Source of the DNA: an uncultured Candidatus Saccharibacteria bacterium
Lineage (GTDB): Bacteria > Patescibacteriota > Minisyncoccia > Phycocordibacterales > UBA9988
Assembly (NCBI GenBank): GCA_964401135.1
Contig: CAYNXC010000001.1
Coordinates: 2,627-66,626, forward strand
DNA: 64,000 nt
Reading direction: 5' to 3'
Shown one piece after another: positions 26,534-36,014 of this stretch. The notes below the pieces were generated by a model. The model was not told the DNA's origin. It saw nothing but the letters and a program-made list of their open reading frames with translations, and searched no databases. Each line of letters begins with the position of its first letter. Within the stretch, counting starts at the first letter, position 1. The position numbers were made by a program, and so were the translations under genes.

Positions 26534-28723
26534 CTATTTCGCTGTTACAACAGCTTCATCAAAACGGATAGAAAGCAGTTTTGAGATGGAGTCGGCAGTC
26601 ATGGTCACACCATAGAGGATGCCGGCACGGCTCATGGTCTCGCGGTTGTGGGTAATCACAATGAGTTGAGAAAATCTGGACAGATTCTCAATCATATCGC
26701 CATAGCGGCGCGAGTTTGCCTCATCTAAGGCCGCGTCCGTCTCGTCAAGAATAAGGAATGGCGGCGGATTAACCTGTGAGATGGCAAAGAGGAGCGCAAT
26801 GGAGGTCAGCGCCCGCTCACCTCCAGAGAGCATATGGATACCACGAATTTTCTTGCGCGGGAGAGAGACCGAGATATCAATCCCCGTCTCCTCCTCTCCT
26901 TCTATAGCCTCTTCTTCTCCTTGCTTACGACGCTTTGCTTTAATTACAAAAATGGATGCTGTCCCACCACCAAACATCAGTGAAAAAAAGTTCTGAAACT
27001 CGGCGTTAATTTTCTCTATCCCTTCATTGAACTCGTGCTCCAGTGTCCCTTCTAACTCTCGCAATACATGGAGTAAGGACTGTTCACTCGCACGGAGATC
27101 CTCCAATTCACGCGCGAGATAGCTGTCACGCTCTGAGACCTCACCGTACTCTTTTGCAATATCCTCTCCACCCGCGCCAAGATCCTCCAATTTGAAGCGG
27201 AGTCGATCAATCTGCTTACGACATAGCTCTTGCACATCTCTCCCATCAAGTTCCGTAGTCTCTCTTCGAGAGTAGTTTAGCGCTTCGCGGCCAATCAAGA
27301 TTCGCGCCTCTTCAAGGAGTGATCTAAAATCCCGCTCCGCACTTTCACAGGCTGTCTTCTTCAGAGAGAGGGACTCCAACTCTTGGCGGAGCTCAGAACG
27401 CCGCGATTTAAGATCGTAGAGTGTGCGTTCCTGTTCTCGCACCTGTGACTCCGATTCTGTAATCCGTGTACGGAGTATGTCCGCCTCGGCGCGAAGTTCC
27501 TCCTCACGGGTAAGCACGGTGCCAAGCGCGCGCTCTAGTGTCTCTTTCTCTCTCCTTAGTTCACTCAAGGCATGGCGACGCTCTCCTGCCGCACCAGCAA
27601 AGTGATGTAAAAATGAGCTAATGCGCTCACGGATATCCGCAAGCACCAGCTTGAGTGTTTGTAGGTCCGTACTCTCTTCTCCTGCGGTAAGCGACTCGGT
27701 GATCCCCGAGGAAAGCTCACGGACTCGCGAGAGTGGTATCTGCACATCCCCCTCGGCACTGTCTGCATCCACTACTTCACTGCGTACTTCTATCATTCCC
27801 TCAACGCGCCCTAGCTTGCGCACCAATTCTCCATGCTCCGCTTCAGCTGTAGTAATCTCTCGGCGCAATTCTGTGAGCGCCCGCTCATCATCACTCTCTC
27901 CACGCCCTTCATGAGAGAGGAGCGCTTCTGCTTCTTTTAACTTCCCCTCTATCTCAGAGAGTGCAGATAGGGGCTCTCTCCTCATAGTCTCTATCATCTC
28001 TCTTTCTCTCTGAAGGTAGACTTCTTCATTCGCAAAGTAGTGCTGATACAGAGTGGTAAGTTCGCGCCGCACATCCTCCGCTTGGCGCAGTTTCTCCATC
28101 TGCTTACTTAAAAATTTGAGGTGAGGGGCAATCTCTTTGCGGAGTGCGTCAACCTGCTGTATATTCTCTTGTGTCTTTTCCAACTTCTTTTCACTCTCGG
28201 CAATCTTTAAGTGGTAGACGGTAAGCGAGAGGGCTTCTTCAATCATGCTTTCACGCTCGCGTGGACTCGCGCGCAAAATCCTATCCGCCTCTCCTTGCGA
28301 GATAATGTGATGACTGGTACTACCGAGCCCAACCGAGGCGAGGAGCTCAACAATGTCTTTGAGTCGTACTTTAGAGCGATTGAGAAAGTAATCATTCACC
28401 CCATCGGTATGCACCTCACGCGTGATCATCACTTCATCAAACTCAATCGGTAAAGTACGATCGCGATTATCAAAGGTGAGTGTGACCGAGGCCCTAGACT
28501 GGCGGGGAGTGGACCCCGATCCGTTAAAGATGAGATCTTCTCCGCGCTTTCCACGCAATGTCTTTAAGGATTGCTCTCCCAACACCCAGCGGAATGCTTC
28601 CGCTACATTACTCTTTCCAGATCCATTGGGGCCAACGATAGCCGTGATGGGCGAGCCAAAGATCAGTACTGTTTTTTTTGCAAACGATTTGAAACCGGAG
28701 AGTTCTAAACTCTGTAGTTGCAT
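26534..28723 (-). CDS. smc: Short SMC-family chromosome segregation ATPase
   Basis: GFKSF, GPNGSGKSN, LSGGE, ILDETDAALD, ITHN; coiled coils; 729 aa. Confidence 0.9.
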   Translation of the reverse strand: MQLQSLELSGFKSFAKKTVLIFGSPITAIVGPNGSGKSNVAEAFRWVLGEQSLKTLRGKRGEDLIFNGSGSTPRQSRASVTLTFDNRDRTLPIEFDEVMITREVHTDGVNDYFLNRSKVRLKDIVELLASVGLGSTSHHIISQGEADRILRASPRERESMIEEALSLTVYHLKIAESEKKLEKTQENIQQVDALRKEIAPHLKFLSKQMEKLRQAEDVRRELTTLYQHYFANEEVYLQREREMIETMRREPLSALSEIEGKLKEAEALLSHEGRGESDDERALTELRREITTAEAEHGELVRKLGRVEGMIEVRSEVVDADSAEGDVQIPLSRVRELSSGITESLTAGEESTDLQTLKLVLADIRERISSFLHHFAGAAGERRHALSELRREKETLERALGTVLTREEELRAEADILRTRITESESQVREQERTLYDLKSRRSELRQELESLSLKKTACESAERDFRSLLEEARILIGREALNYSRRETTELDGRDVQELCRKQIDRLRFKLEDLGAGGEDIAKEYGEVSERDSYLARELEDLRASEQSLLHVLRELEGTLEHEFNEGIEKINAEFQNFFSLMFGGGTASIFVIKAKRRKQGEEEAIEGEEETGIDISVSLPRKKIRGIHMLSGGERALTSIALLFAISQVNPPPFLILDETDAALDEANSRRYGDMIENLSRFSQLIVITHNRETMSRAGILYGVTMTADSISKLLSIRFDEAVVTAK

Positions 28724-28741
28724 GCGCCTATTGTAACAGGT

Positions 28742-29449
28742 TTAGGAGCGTGGACTCCAGTGCTTCTCGTTGAGAGCTTTGCGAGCCGCATCCTGCTCCG
28801 CTTCTTGTTTTGAGTGTCCAGTTCCTTGAGAGATCTGGATTGACCCTAGAAACACACCGATGGTAAACTTCTTATTATGATCAGGTCCAGACTCTGCCAG
28901 CACTTGGTAATTGGGAGTAACACCCTCCTTTTCTTGCGCCTGCTCTTGGAAGAAGCTCTTCGCATCCAGCCAAAGGTTGTCAGCTAGGATAGACTCCAGA
29001 CGAGAGATAAGGTGTGTTGTAATAAAGTCACGCGCCTTTTCATAGCCTTGGTCAAGATAAAGCGCACCTACCACTGCCTCGTATGTATTGGCGAGGATCA
29101 CTTGCCGTGCGCGTCCCTCATCCTTTGATTCTCCTCGCGAGAGGAGGAGGTAGTCGTTCATCGTGAGTCCCTGTGCCACTTGCGAGACGGTCACGGCGTT
29201 TACCAGTGCGGAGCGATACGAGGTCAGTGTCCCCTCATCCTCCTTAGGATATGTCTTGTAGAGGTAGTCAGTCACTACTAACTCCAATACTGCGTCACCT
29301 AAGAATTCTAACCTCTCATTATGCCCTAATCGCGATTTTGGATTCTCATTTAAAAATGAGCGATGGATGAAAGCCTGCTCAAGCAGATCCTTATCGGTAA
29401 ATGTCACACCAATATGCTCTTCAAAAGAGGAAAAATCTGATTCTCTCAT
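28742..29449 (-). CDS. rnc: Ribonuclease III
   Basis: NERLEFLGDAVL, dsRBD with SKQEAEQDAA. Confidence 0.96.
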   Translation of the reverse strand: MRESDFSSFEEHIGVTFTDKDLLEQAFIHRSFLNENPKSRLGHNERLEFLGDAVLELVVTDYLYKTYPKEDEGTLTSYRSALVNAVTVSQVAQGLTMNDYLLLSRGESKDEGRARQVILANTYEAVVGALYLDQGYEKARDFITTHLISRLESILADNLWLDAKSFFQEQAQEKEGVTPNYQVLAESGPDHNKKFTIGVFLGSIQISQGTGHSKQEAEQDAARKALNEKHWSPRS

Positions 29450-30363
29450 AGTCCCTGCCTTTCAATAATCGTCTGTATGCCCTTAGTAATAATAGGAACA
29501 ATATCGTCGTAGATGCGCAAATCGCCAATCTCATCAAGGGTGAACCACTCCGCCCTATCTAGCCCTCCTTCCTTAGAGAGCTTGAGTTTGTTCTTATCTT
29601 TTGCCTCTGCAAGAAAGTAATGCACCTGCTTACGCACTTTGCCCTTCTCGGGGTGAGATGCGACATACTCGTTTGCACCAAGCTCGGAGACAATAGCAAT
29701 TTCAAGTGAGAGTTCTTCATAAATTTCGCGTATAGTCCCCTCTTCTGCATTCTCTCCCGCTTCAATGTGCCCCTTTGAGAGTGTCCAGTAACCAAACACA
29801 TCGTGCACTAGTGCAAGGCGGATGGTCCCGTGATCGTTGCTATAGACCACTGCACCTCCGAGTTTTTCTACAGGGAGTTTTTCTGGATCAATGTCTTCAC
29901 CCTTCACTTTGCGCTTTTTAGCTGGGACATCGTCCTTTCCCGGCTCTCCCATTTCGCGATAGACTGAGCCAAGCACGCCGTTTACAAATTTACCGCTGGA
30001 CTCACCGCCAAACATCTTTGCAAGCTCTATAGCTTCGTTGATGGCTACCTTTGCGGGTACTTCACCCTTGTCTCCAAAGAGGAGCTCAAAGAGACCGAGA
30101 CGGAGCACATTCCTATCAACGATAGAGATCTGCTCTATCGGCCAATCAGGTGCAAACTTCTCTATGACCGAGTCAATTTTCTCGCGGTACTCAATGACAC
30201 CAGACACGAGCGATTTGGTGAATCGGGTGTCGTCAAGCCCCGGAGCAAATTCCGCCACATTTGCCTCCACAACAGGAGAGAGTCCTTCGCTGGGTCTATC
30301 CATGAAGTCCCACTCAAAGAGTGACTGGAGCGCTATGCTGCGTGAAAGGTGCCGATTGGCCAT
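29446..30363 (-). CDS. nusB: NusB fused to a NUDIX hydrolase
   Basis: VAINEAIELAK...FVNGVLG, then WTLSKGH and Nudix box G-x5-E-x7-REIYEEL. Confidence 0.92.
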   Translation of the reverse strand: MANRHLSRSIALQSLFEWDFMDRPSEGLSPVVEANVAEFAPGLDDTRFTKSLVSGVIEYREKIDSVIEKFAPDWPIEQISIVDRNVLRLGLFELLFGDKGEVPAKVAINEAIELAKMFGGESSGKFVNGVLGSVYREMGEPGKDDVPAKKRKVKGEDIDPEKLPVEKLGGAVVYSNDHGTIRLALVHDVFGYWTLSKGHIEAGENAEEGTIREIYEELSLEIAIVSELGANEYVASHPEKGKVRKQVHYFLAEAKDKNKLKLSKEGGLDRAEWFTLDEIGDLRIYDDIVPIITKGIQTIIERQGL

Positions 30364-30393
30364 ATAAAAAAGATCTTTTGTAAAACCGCAAAA

Positions 30394-30624
30394 CTACTTG
30401 GCAGATCGGGCTGCCTGCTTGCGCTTACGCTCTTGCTTCTTCTCCACCTTCGCAAGCACATTCAATATCTCACGCTTGCGGTAAGTACCGCATGCCAGAC
30501 AGACACGATGGCGCACATGCAGAGCTCCGCACTTGGTGCAAGTCGAAAGACGCACACCCGTAATGGCGTGGTGAGAGCGTCTATTGCCCGTGTGGGCACG
30601 CGTATGGCGCATGCGTACTGACAT
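30394..30624 (-). CDS. rpmF: 50S ribosomal protein L32
   Basis: RRSHH, CTKCG...HRVCLACGTY; start MSVRMRH. Confidence 0.93.
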   Translation of the reverse strand: MSVRMRHTRAHTGNRRSHHAITGVRLSTCTKCGALHVRHRVCLACGTYRKREILNVLAKVEKKQERKRKQAARSAK

Positions 30625-30754
30625 GCCTGTTACTATACACAAAAGTGTAAAAGACGGCAAGAGGAACCCCCCGACAAGTGAGATTGATGTGGTAAGGTAA
30701 TTAAGGACGGTTGATTTCAATCATCCGCTCTTCTTGAGATAACACCTCTTTGTA

Positions 30755-31366
30755 TTATATCATACCCAGTAACTTTTTACAATAGCTTCTCCTGTGTATA
30801 GGAGAGAGACCGTGCTTCTTGAGGGCACGGTAGTGCAGAGGAGTACCGTAGCCCTTGTGGATGACAAATCCATACTCAGGATACTTCTCTGCAAGACGAG
30901 TAATCCTCCTGTCTCGTCGCACTTTTGCAATGATTGAGGCCGCGGCTATGATCGCTACCCGATCATCCCCTTGTATGATTGTCTCCTGATTTTTCCACTC
31001 GAGTGGAGCAGAGAGTGATCCGTCAAGAAGTACTCGCGCCGCCGCGGGATTGATTCCTAACTTATGGAGAGATCGCGCCACACCAAGTGCGATTGCTCTA
31101 CCAATGCCACGGCGATCAACCACAGAGTGTGACACCATACTGGAAGCAATTTTAATATTTCCCTCCTTAAACTCTTTTAGAAGGAGTGCAAACCAGCGCT
31201 CGCGTACATGCTCCGTCAATCTTTTTGAGTCGCGGATACCTGTAAGCAAGCGTCCTCGTCTTTTGTAGAGCGTTTCTGGGAAGGCGACTGCCGCAACCGA
31301 GACCGGCCCCGCCAAGGGCCCTCTCCCTGCTTCATCTATCCCCACCACAAAGTGCTGTCCCCGCAT
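30755..31366 (-). CDS. rnhB: Ribonuclease HII
   Basis: GIDEAGRGPLAGPV, DSKRL, AASIIAKV, HKGYGT, HRRS. Confidence 0.95.
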   Translation of the reverse strand: MRGQHFVVGIDEAGRGPLAGPVSVAAVAFPETLYKRRGRLLTGIRDSKRLTEHVRERWFALLLKEFKEGNIKIASSMVSHSVVDRRGIGRAIALGVARSLHKLGINPAAARVLLDGSLSAPLEWKNQETIIQGDDRVAIIAAASIIAKVRRDRRITRLAEKYPEYGFVIHKGYGTPLHYRALKKHGLSPIHRRSYCKKLLGMI

Positions 31367-31439
31367 ATCTTTAGAGTATACACCTGAACACAAAAGAAAA
31401 GCTCCTATAATATACATCATATACACCATAGATATATGA

Positions 31440-31475
31440 GTAATAAAAGTATCACGGCCGTGAAAGTTTTATTAC
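31440..31475. repeat. Palindromic repeat, copy 1 (downstream of the PaaX-like gene)
   Basis: GTAATAAAA-GTA-TCACGGCCGTGA-AAG-TTTTATTAC; 31450-31474 is identical to 32108-32132. Confidence 0.9.
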
Positions 31476-31514
31476 ACTTGGGTTATTACTGTTTTAATTC
31501 TCTAGCTATCTACT

Positions 31515-32096
31515 TTATATAAGTCCGAATGATTCTCTGAGCCGACGATCATTCTCAATGGAGTCGGCGGTAATATAGAGTACATCCTTCCCCACATGCA
31601 TATGCACCTTAAGTAGGGTCACCACTTCTTGGCACTCATAGGGGTAGACCCAGACACTTTGCTGGAGCTGAACAAAACCTAAACGGGTAAGCCAAGCTCG
31701 GAGCATATCCCGAGTGGTATGACGCGTCTCTTTGATATCAAAAATGATAATCCGATATTTCTTATCCCAACGCCGTGGTCTTTTTAATGTAAGGTCCTTA
31801 AGCCGGTAACGCGCAAGAAACTCCTCTCCCTTTGGAGTAAGCCACAATGTGGCTCCTACTCCTTCCTTATGCCCCCGTTTTAACAATCCTCGTCGGATAC
31901 ATCGTTTAATTACCGTATTGATGTAATAGCGTTTTTGGTGTGCAAAAGGAGGAGTATACTTGAGAAGACGCATCGCATTGGGGGCAACTGCAGCAAGAGC
32001 GATAATCCCTGCTAGACCAATAACTCCAAGTACAATGCCGCCAACATCTCCAACAAACTCTTCTCTTCTTTTCTTCTTATATCCCTCCGTGAACAT
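31515..32096 (-). CDS. PaaX-family regulator-like protein (winged HTH plus Cas2/VapD-like domain)
   Basis: LTPKG wing, WDKKYRIIIFDIKE, LGFVQLQQSVWVYPY; hydrophobic N-terminal segment; AT-rich. Confidence 0.8.
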   Translation of the reverse strand: MFTEGYKKKRREEFVGDVGGIVLGVIGLAGIIALAAVAPNAMRLLKYTPPFAHQKRYYINTVIKRCIRRGLLKRGHKEGVGATLWLTPKGEEFLARYRLKDLTLKRPRRWDKKYRIIIFDIKETRHTTRDMLRAWLTRLGFVQLQQSVWVYPYECQEVVTLLKVHMHVGKDVLYITADSIENDRRLRESFGLI

Positions 32097-32097
32097 T

Positions 32098-32133
32098 ATA
32101 ATAATACTATCACGGCCGTGAAAGTTTTATTAT
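32098..32133. repeat. Palindromic repeat, copy 2 (over the PaaX-like gene promoter)
   Basis: ATAATAATAC-TA-TCACGGCCGTGA-AA-GTTTTATTAT directly upstream of the ATG. Confidence 0.9.
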
Positions 32134-32194
32134 GTCTGTGTAAGTGATAAGGGAAGTAATGGGAGTGGTAGGAACTCTGTTATACTAGTAGCCA

Positions 32195-35100
32195 ATGGCG
32201 TTCGTCCACCTACACAACCATAGCCACTACTCCCTTCTCGACGGATTGGTGAAAATTCCCGAGCTTGTAAAGAAGGCAAAGGAGTACAGTTGTCCCGCAC
32301 TTGCGCTCACCGACCACGGCAACCTATATGGCGCAATTGAGTTCTACAAAAGATGTATCGCTGACGAGATTAAGCCCATCATCGGCGTAGAGGCCTACAT
32401 GGCAGCGCGTACACGCTTTGATAAAGAGGCACGCATAGACTCCAAGCGTTACCACCTCACCCTCCTCGCAAAAAATGAGATCGGGTACAAAAATCTCATC
32501 CGCATGGTGACCAAAGCAAACCTTGAGGGCTACTACTACAAACCACGCATGGATAAGGATCTCTTGCGCGAGTACCACGAGGGAATCATTTGTCTCTCTG
32601 GTTGCTTGGGAAGTGAAGTCTCGCAAGCCGCCCTTGTGGGAGATACAGAAAAGCTCACAACACTTATCCGTGAATACCAAGAGATCTTTGGTATGGAGGA
32701 CTACTTTATTGAGATCATGCACCACCCTGCCATAGAGGGGCAGGCACGGACCAAGGCCCTCCTCATTGAGACTGCCAATAAATTGAACATCCCCCTCGTC
32801 GCAACGCATGACGCGCACTACCTCAACACAGAAGACAGTCGCGCACACCAAACGCTCGTTGCGGTACAGACCAACACAGACATCCAAGATGCCAAGACAA
32901 TGACAAACGGTGCGGAGGATTTCTCTTTTGTGAATGAGGAACGATTCCGCTCATTTTTCACCGATGCGCCAGGGGCAGTGGATAACACACTCCGAGTTGC
33001 AGAGCTCTGCTCGGTAACACTTGATCTGGGCAAGTGGCACTTCCCTGACTACACTATTCCCCCTGGAGAAACATTTGAGAGCATCCTCACTAAACAAGCA
33101 GAAGAGAGTCTCACTGCCTATGTACGAGAAAATCCCGAGTATGCAGATAGTGCTCCTGGACGCATGCACTACGAATTGGATATCATCTGCCGGAAGGGAT
33201 ACGCGCCTTACTTCCTGACTGTCTCTGACATTTATGCCGCCGCAAAGAGGCTTGATGTACTCACCAATACGAGAGGTTCTGCGGCAGGATCTTTCGTGTC
33301 CTTCTTGGTGGGAATCGGCGCAGTGGATCCGCTAAAGTACAAGCTCCCCTTTGAACGCTTTTTGAATCCTGATCGTCCTTCACCTCCTGATATTGATATG
33401 GACTTTGCCGATACAGGACGAGAAAAAATTCTTGACTATGTGCGCAGTAAGTATGGAGAAGAAAAAGTGGCACAGATTGGCACATTTGGCTCTATGATGG
33501 CACGCGGTGCCGTTCGTGATGTGGCGCGTGCTCTCGGCCACCCATACGCACTTGGTGACCGTGTTTCTAAGTCAATCCCGATGGGAAGCCAGGGATTCCC
33601 CATGACTATTGATCGTGCGATGGAGCTTGAGCCAGAGCTTAAGAAAATGTACGAGACAGAGACGGAGGTGCGAGAGATTATTGACTTGGCAAAAAAATTA
33701 GAGGGTTGTGCACGGCACATCAGCGTCCACGCCGCAGGAGTGGTGATTGCTCCTACCGAGATTACCAACTTTGTTCCTGTACAGCTTGACCCCAAGGGTG
33801 GCAAAATTATTACCCAGTACGATATGCACGGCGTGGAGGATGCCGGTCTACTCAAGTTTGATTTTCTTGGTATTCGGAACCTCGCTATTTTAGAAGGAGC
33901 CGTGCGCCTGGTAAAGAAGACAACGGGAAAACTCGTAGATCTGGACAAGATCCCACTTGATGATAAAAAAACATACACCATGCTCGCGCGCGGAGAGACA
34001 ATGGGGCTCTTCCAGCTCAACGGGTCGGGGATGACGCGTTGGCTCAAGGAGCTGAAGCCCTCCACCATCCACGACATTAACGCCATGGTTGCCCTGTACC
34101 GCCCTGGACCGATGGAGTCCATCCACGAGTATATTAGGCGTAAACACAATCCACGGACTGTGAGCTACCTCGATCCACGGATGGAGAAAATCTTGGATCA
34201 GAGCTATGGCGTAATTACATACCAAGACGATGTCATGATGATTGCCATTGAGATCGCTGGCTACTCATGGACAGAAGCAGACAAACTGCGCAAAGCAATG
34301 GGGAAAAAGATCCCTGCTGAGATGGCCATCCAAAAAGAAAAACTGTTGGAAGGTTTTGTTGCTTATGGGAAATTGAGTACAGAAAGAGCACACGCACTCT
34401 GGCTACTCATTGAACCCTTTGCCGCGTATGGATTTAACAAAGCACACGCCGCAAGCTACGGACATGTAGCGTACCAGACTGCGTATATGAAGGCTAACTT
34501 CCCCAGTGAGTATATGACCGCCGTTCTCTCGGCAGAATCGGGTGATGTAGAGGAGATTGCGCGCATCATTGATGAGTGTAAACGGATGAAGATCCCCGTG
34601 CTACCACCAGATGTGAATGAGAGCTATGGCGATTTTACCGTCATAAAGGATCCGGAGCAGAACAAGATCCGTTTTGGACTCTACTCTATCAAAAATCTTG
34701 GGACAGAAATTGCCGATGCAATTGTCGCGGAGCGGAGCGAACACGAGCACTACGCCTCCTTTGCCGACTTTTTAGAACGAGTACGGCATAAGAACTTGAA
34801 CAGGAAATCGCTAGAGTCCCTGACCAAGGCCGGAGCCTTGGACAGTCTTGGGGAAAATCGTGCCACCATCTTAGCGAATATAGAAGAAGCACTCCTCTAT
34901 GCTCGAGAGCTCCACAAGCACGGAGACTTACAAGATTCTCTATTTGGCCTCATGACAGACTCTGGTACCGTGCCCGCTCTGCGACTGAAGAGGACGGATC
35001 CTCTTGCAACAGAGACAATACTCGCGTGGGAAAAAGAGCTCCTCGGTCTTTACATCTCCGGGCACCCCTTAGATAAGTACCGTGATAAGTTGTCACCAGG

Positions 35101-35392
35101 ACATGGTGCAAAAAATACCATTGCAAATGCGAAGAGTGTAACCGATGACTCGCCGGTGGTCGTGGCAGGACTCATTGACGAAGTGCGAGAGATAACCACT
35201 AAGAACAATGAGCATATGGCATTCCTTAAACTTTCAGACTTGAGCGACAGAATTGAGCTAGTCGTCTTCCCTCGTGTCTACAACGAACATAAGGAAGTAT
35301 TTACTCAAGGTACCTGCATTGCCGTCCGTGGCCGCGTCTCGGAGCGTAATGGCGAGCTCTCTATTGTGGTCGAAGGGGTGAAGAGGATTTAG
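32195..35392 (+). CDS. dnaE: DNA polymerase III alpha subunit
   Basis: PHP domain HLHNHSHYS, RGSAAGS, PDIDMDF, FNKAH, C-terminal OB fold. Confidence 0.97.
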   Translation: MAFVHLHNHSHYSLLDGLVKIPELVKKAKEYSCPALALTDHGNLYGAIEFYKRCIADEIKPIIGVEAYMAARTRFDKEARIDSKRYHLTLLAKNEIGYKNLIRMVTKANLEGYYYKPRMDKDLLREYHEGIICLSGCLGSEVSQAALVGDTEKLTTLIREYQEIFGMEDYFIEIMHHPAIEGQARTKALLIETANKLNIPLVATHDAHYLNTEDSRAHQTLVAVQTNTDIQDAKTMTNGAEDFSFVNEERFRSFFTDAPGAVDNTLRVAELCSVTLDLGKWHFPDYTIPPGETFESILTKQAEESLTAYVRENPEYADSAPGRMHYELDIICRKGYAPYFLTVSDIYAAAKRLDVLTNTRGSAAGSFVSFLVGIGAVDPLKYKLPFERFLNPDRPSPPDIDMDFADTGREKILDYVRSKYGEEKVAQIGTFGSMMARGAVRDVARALGHPYALGDRVSKSIPMGSQGFPMTIDRAMELEPELKKMYETETEVREIIDLAKKLEGCARHISVHAAGVVIAPTEITNFVPVQLDPKGGKIITQYDMHGVEDAGLLKFDFLGIRNLAILEGAVRLVKKTTGKLVDLDKIPLDDKKTYTMLARGETMGLFQLNGSGMTRWLKELKPSTIHDINAMVALYRPGPMESIHEYIRRKHNPRTVSYLDPRMEKILDQSYGVITYQDDVMMIAIEIAGYSWTEADKLRKAMGKKIPAEMAIQKEKLLEGFVAYGKLSTERAHALWLLIEPFAAYGFNKAHAASYGHVAYQTAYMKANFPSEYMTAVLSAESGDVEEIARIIDECKRMKIPVLPPDVNESYGDFTVIKDPEQNKIRFGLYSIKNLGTEIADAIVAERSEHEHYASFADFLERVRHKNLNRKSLESLTKAGALDSLGENRATILANIEEALLYARELHKHGDLQDSLFGLMTDSGTVPALRLKRTDPLATETILAWEKELLGLYISGHPLDKYRDKLSPGHGAKNTIANAKSVTDDSPVVVAGLIDEVREITTKNNEHMAFLKLSDLSDRIELVVFPRVYNEHKEVFTQGTCIAVRGRVSERNGELSIVVEGVKRI

Positions 35393-35908
35393 TTATTTAC
35401 AAGTGTATGCATACGATGGTCCTGAGGTATTAATGACATCATCTTCTGGCTTAGAAGTAAGTGTGTCATTAGTATGCCCTGCTAACTTCCAGTCTATGCA
35501 ATACCATTTTGATCTGCTATTTGCTACAGTACTAGGCAACTGAGCAGCTACTGCGGCCTTGCGGGCTTCTCCTAAGGCACCTGTCTCATAGCAGACAATA
35601 TTATTTGCTCCCACTCTATTCCTTAAGCTAGTCAATAATGGTTTTAACCGGGGATTTGTCCCGTCACAATTTGGACTATATGTAGTAATTGCGTAAGGAT
35701 TATTTGTAGTGTCACGATGTAGAGCCATTGCGGTTCGTAAATTATTCATCTCTTGAATTACCGCCGCATCTCCTGCTTTTTTTCGCGAACTCTGGAGTGA
35801 CGAGAGCACGATGCCAGAGAGTATACCGATGATACCAATGACCACAAGAAGTTCTATGAGAGTGAAGCCTGCCCGCCGATGGATAAGTCCCTGCTTAAAA
35901 ATGTGCAT
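35393..35908 (-). CDS. Type IV pilin-like protein
   Basis: Class III signal GFTLIELLVVIGIIGILS; four Cys in the variable domain; YCID motif. Confidence 0.9.
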   Translation of the reverse strand: MHIFKQGLIHRRAGFTLIELLVVIGIIGILSGIVLSSLQSSRKKAGDAAVIQEMNNLRTAMALHRDTTNNPYAITTYSPNCDGTNPRLKPLLTSLRNRVGANNIVCYETGALGEARKAAVAAQLPSTVANSRSKWYCIDWKLAGHTNDTLTSKPEDDVINTSGPSYAYTCK

Positions 35909-36014
35909 ATTAGAAAGATACTAGACTAATAAGACAATTTTCATCAAATACAATTATAATCCTCTTACCGTAGACGCGCAAGACAAAAAGCACTTCTCTT
36001 GTTATTATCTTTGG

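Noticed and set aside
31367-31429. Signal-peptide-like N-terminal extension on RNase HII
   Set aside because: Lies in AT-rich intergenic DNA; a -10 box 8 nt before the ATG at 31366 indicates the shorter start
31440-32133. CRISPR array or true cas2
   Set aside because: Only two repeats, 658 bp apart and enclosing a gene; no spacers, cas1 or effector genes in the window
33436-34149. 237-aa ORF antisense to dnaE, and many similar ORFs opposite rpoB, rpoC, gyrB and thrS
   Set aside because: Shadow frames of conserved genes with no motifs or expression signals
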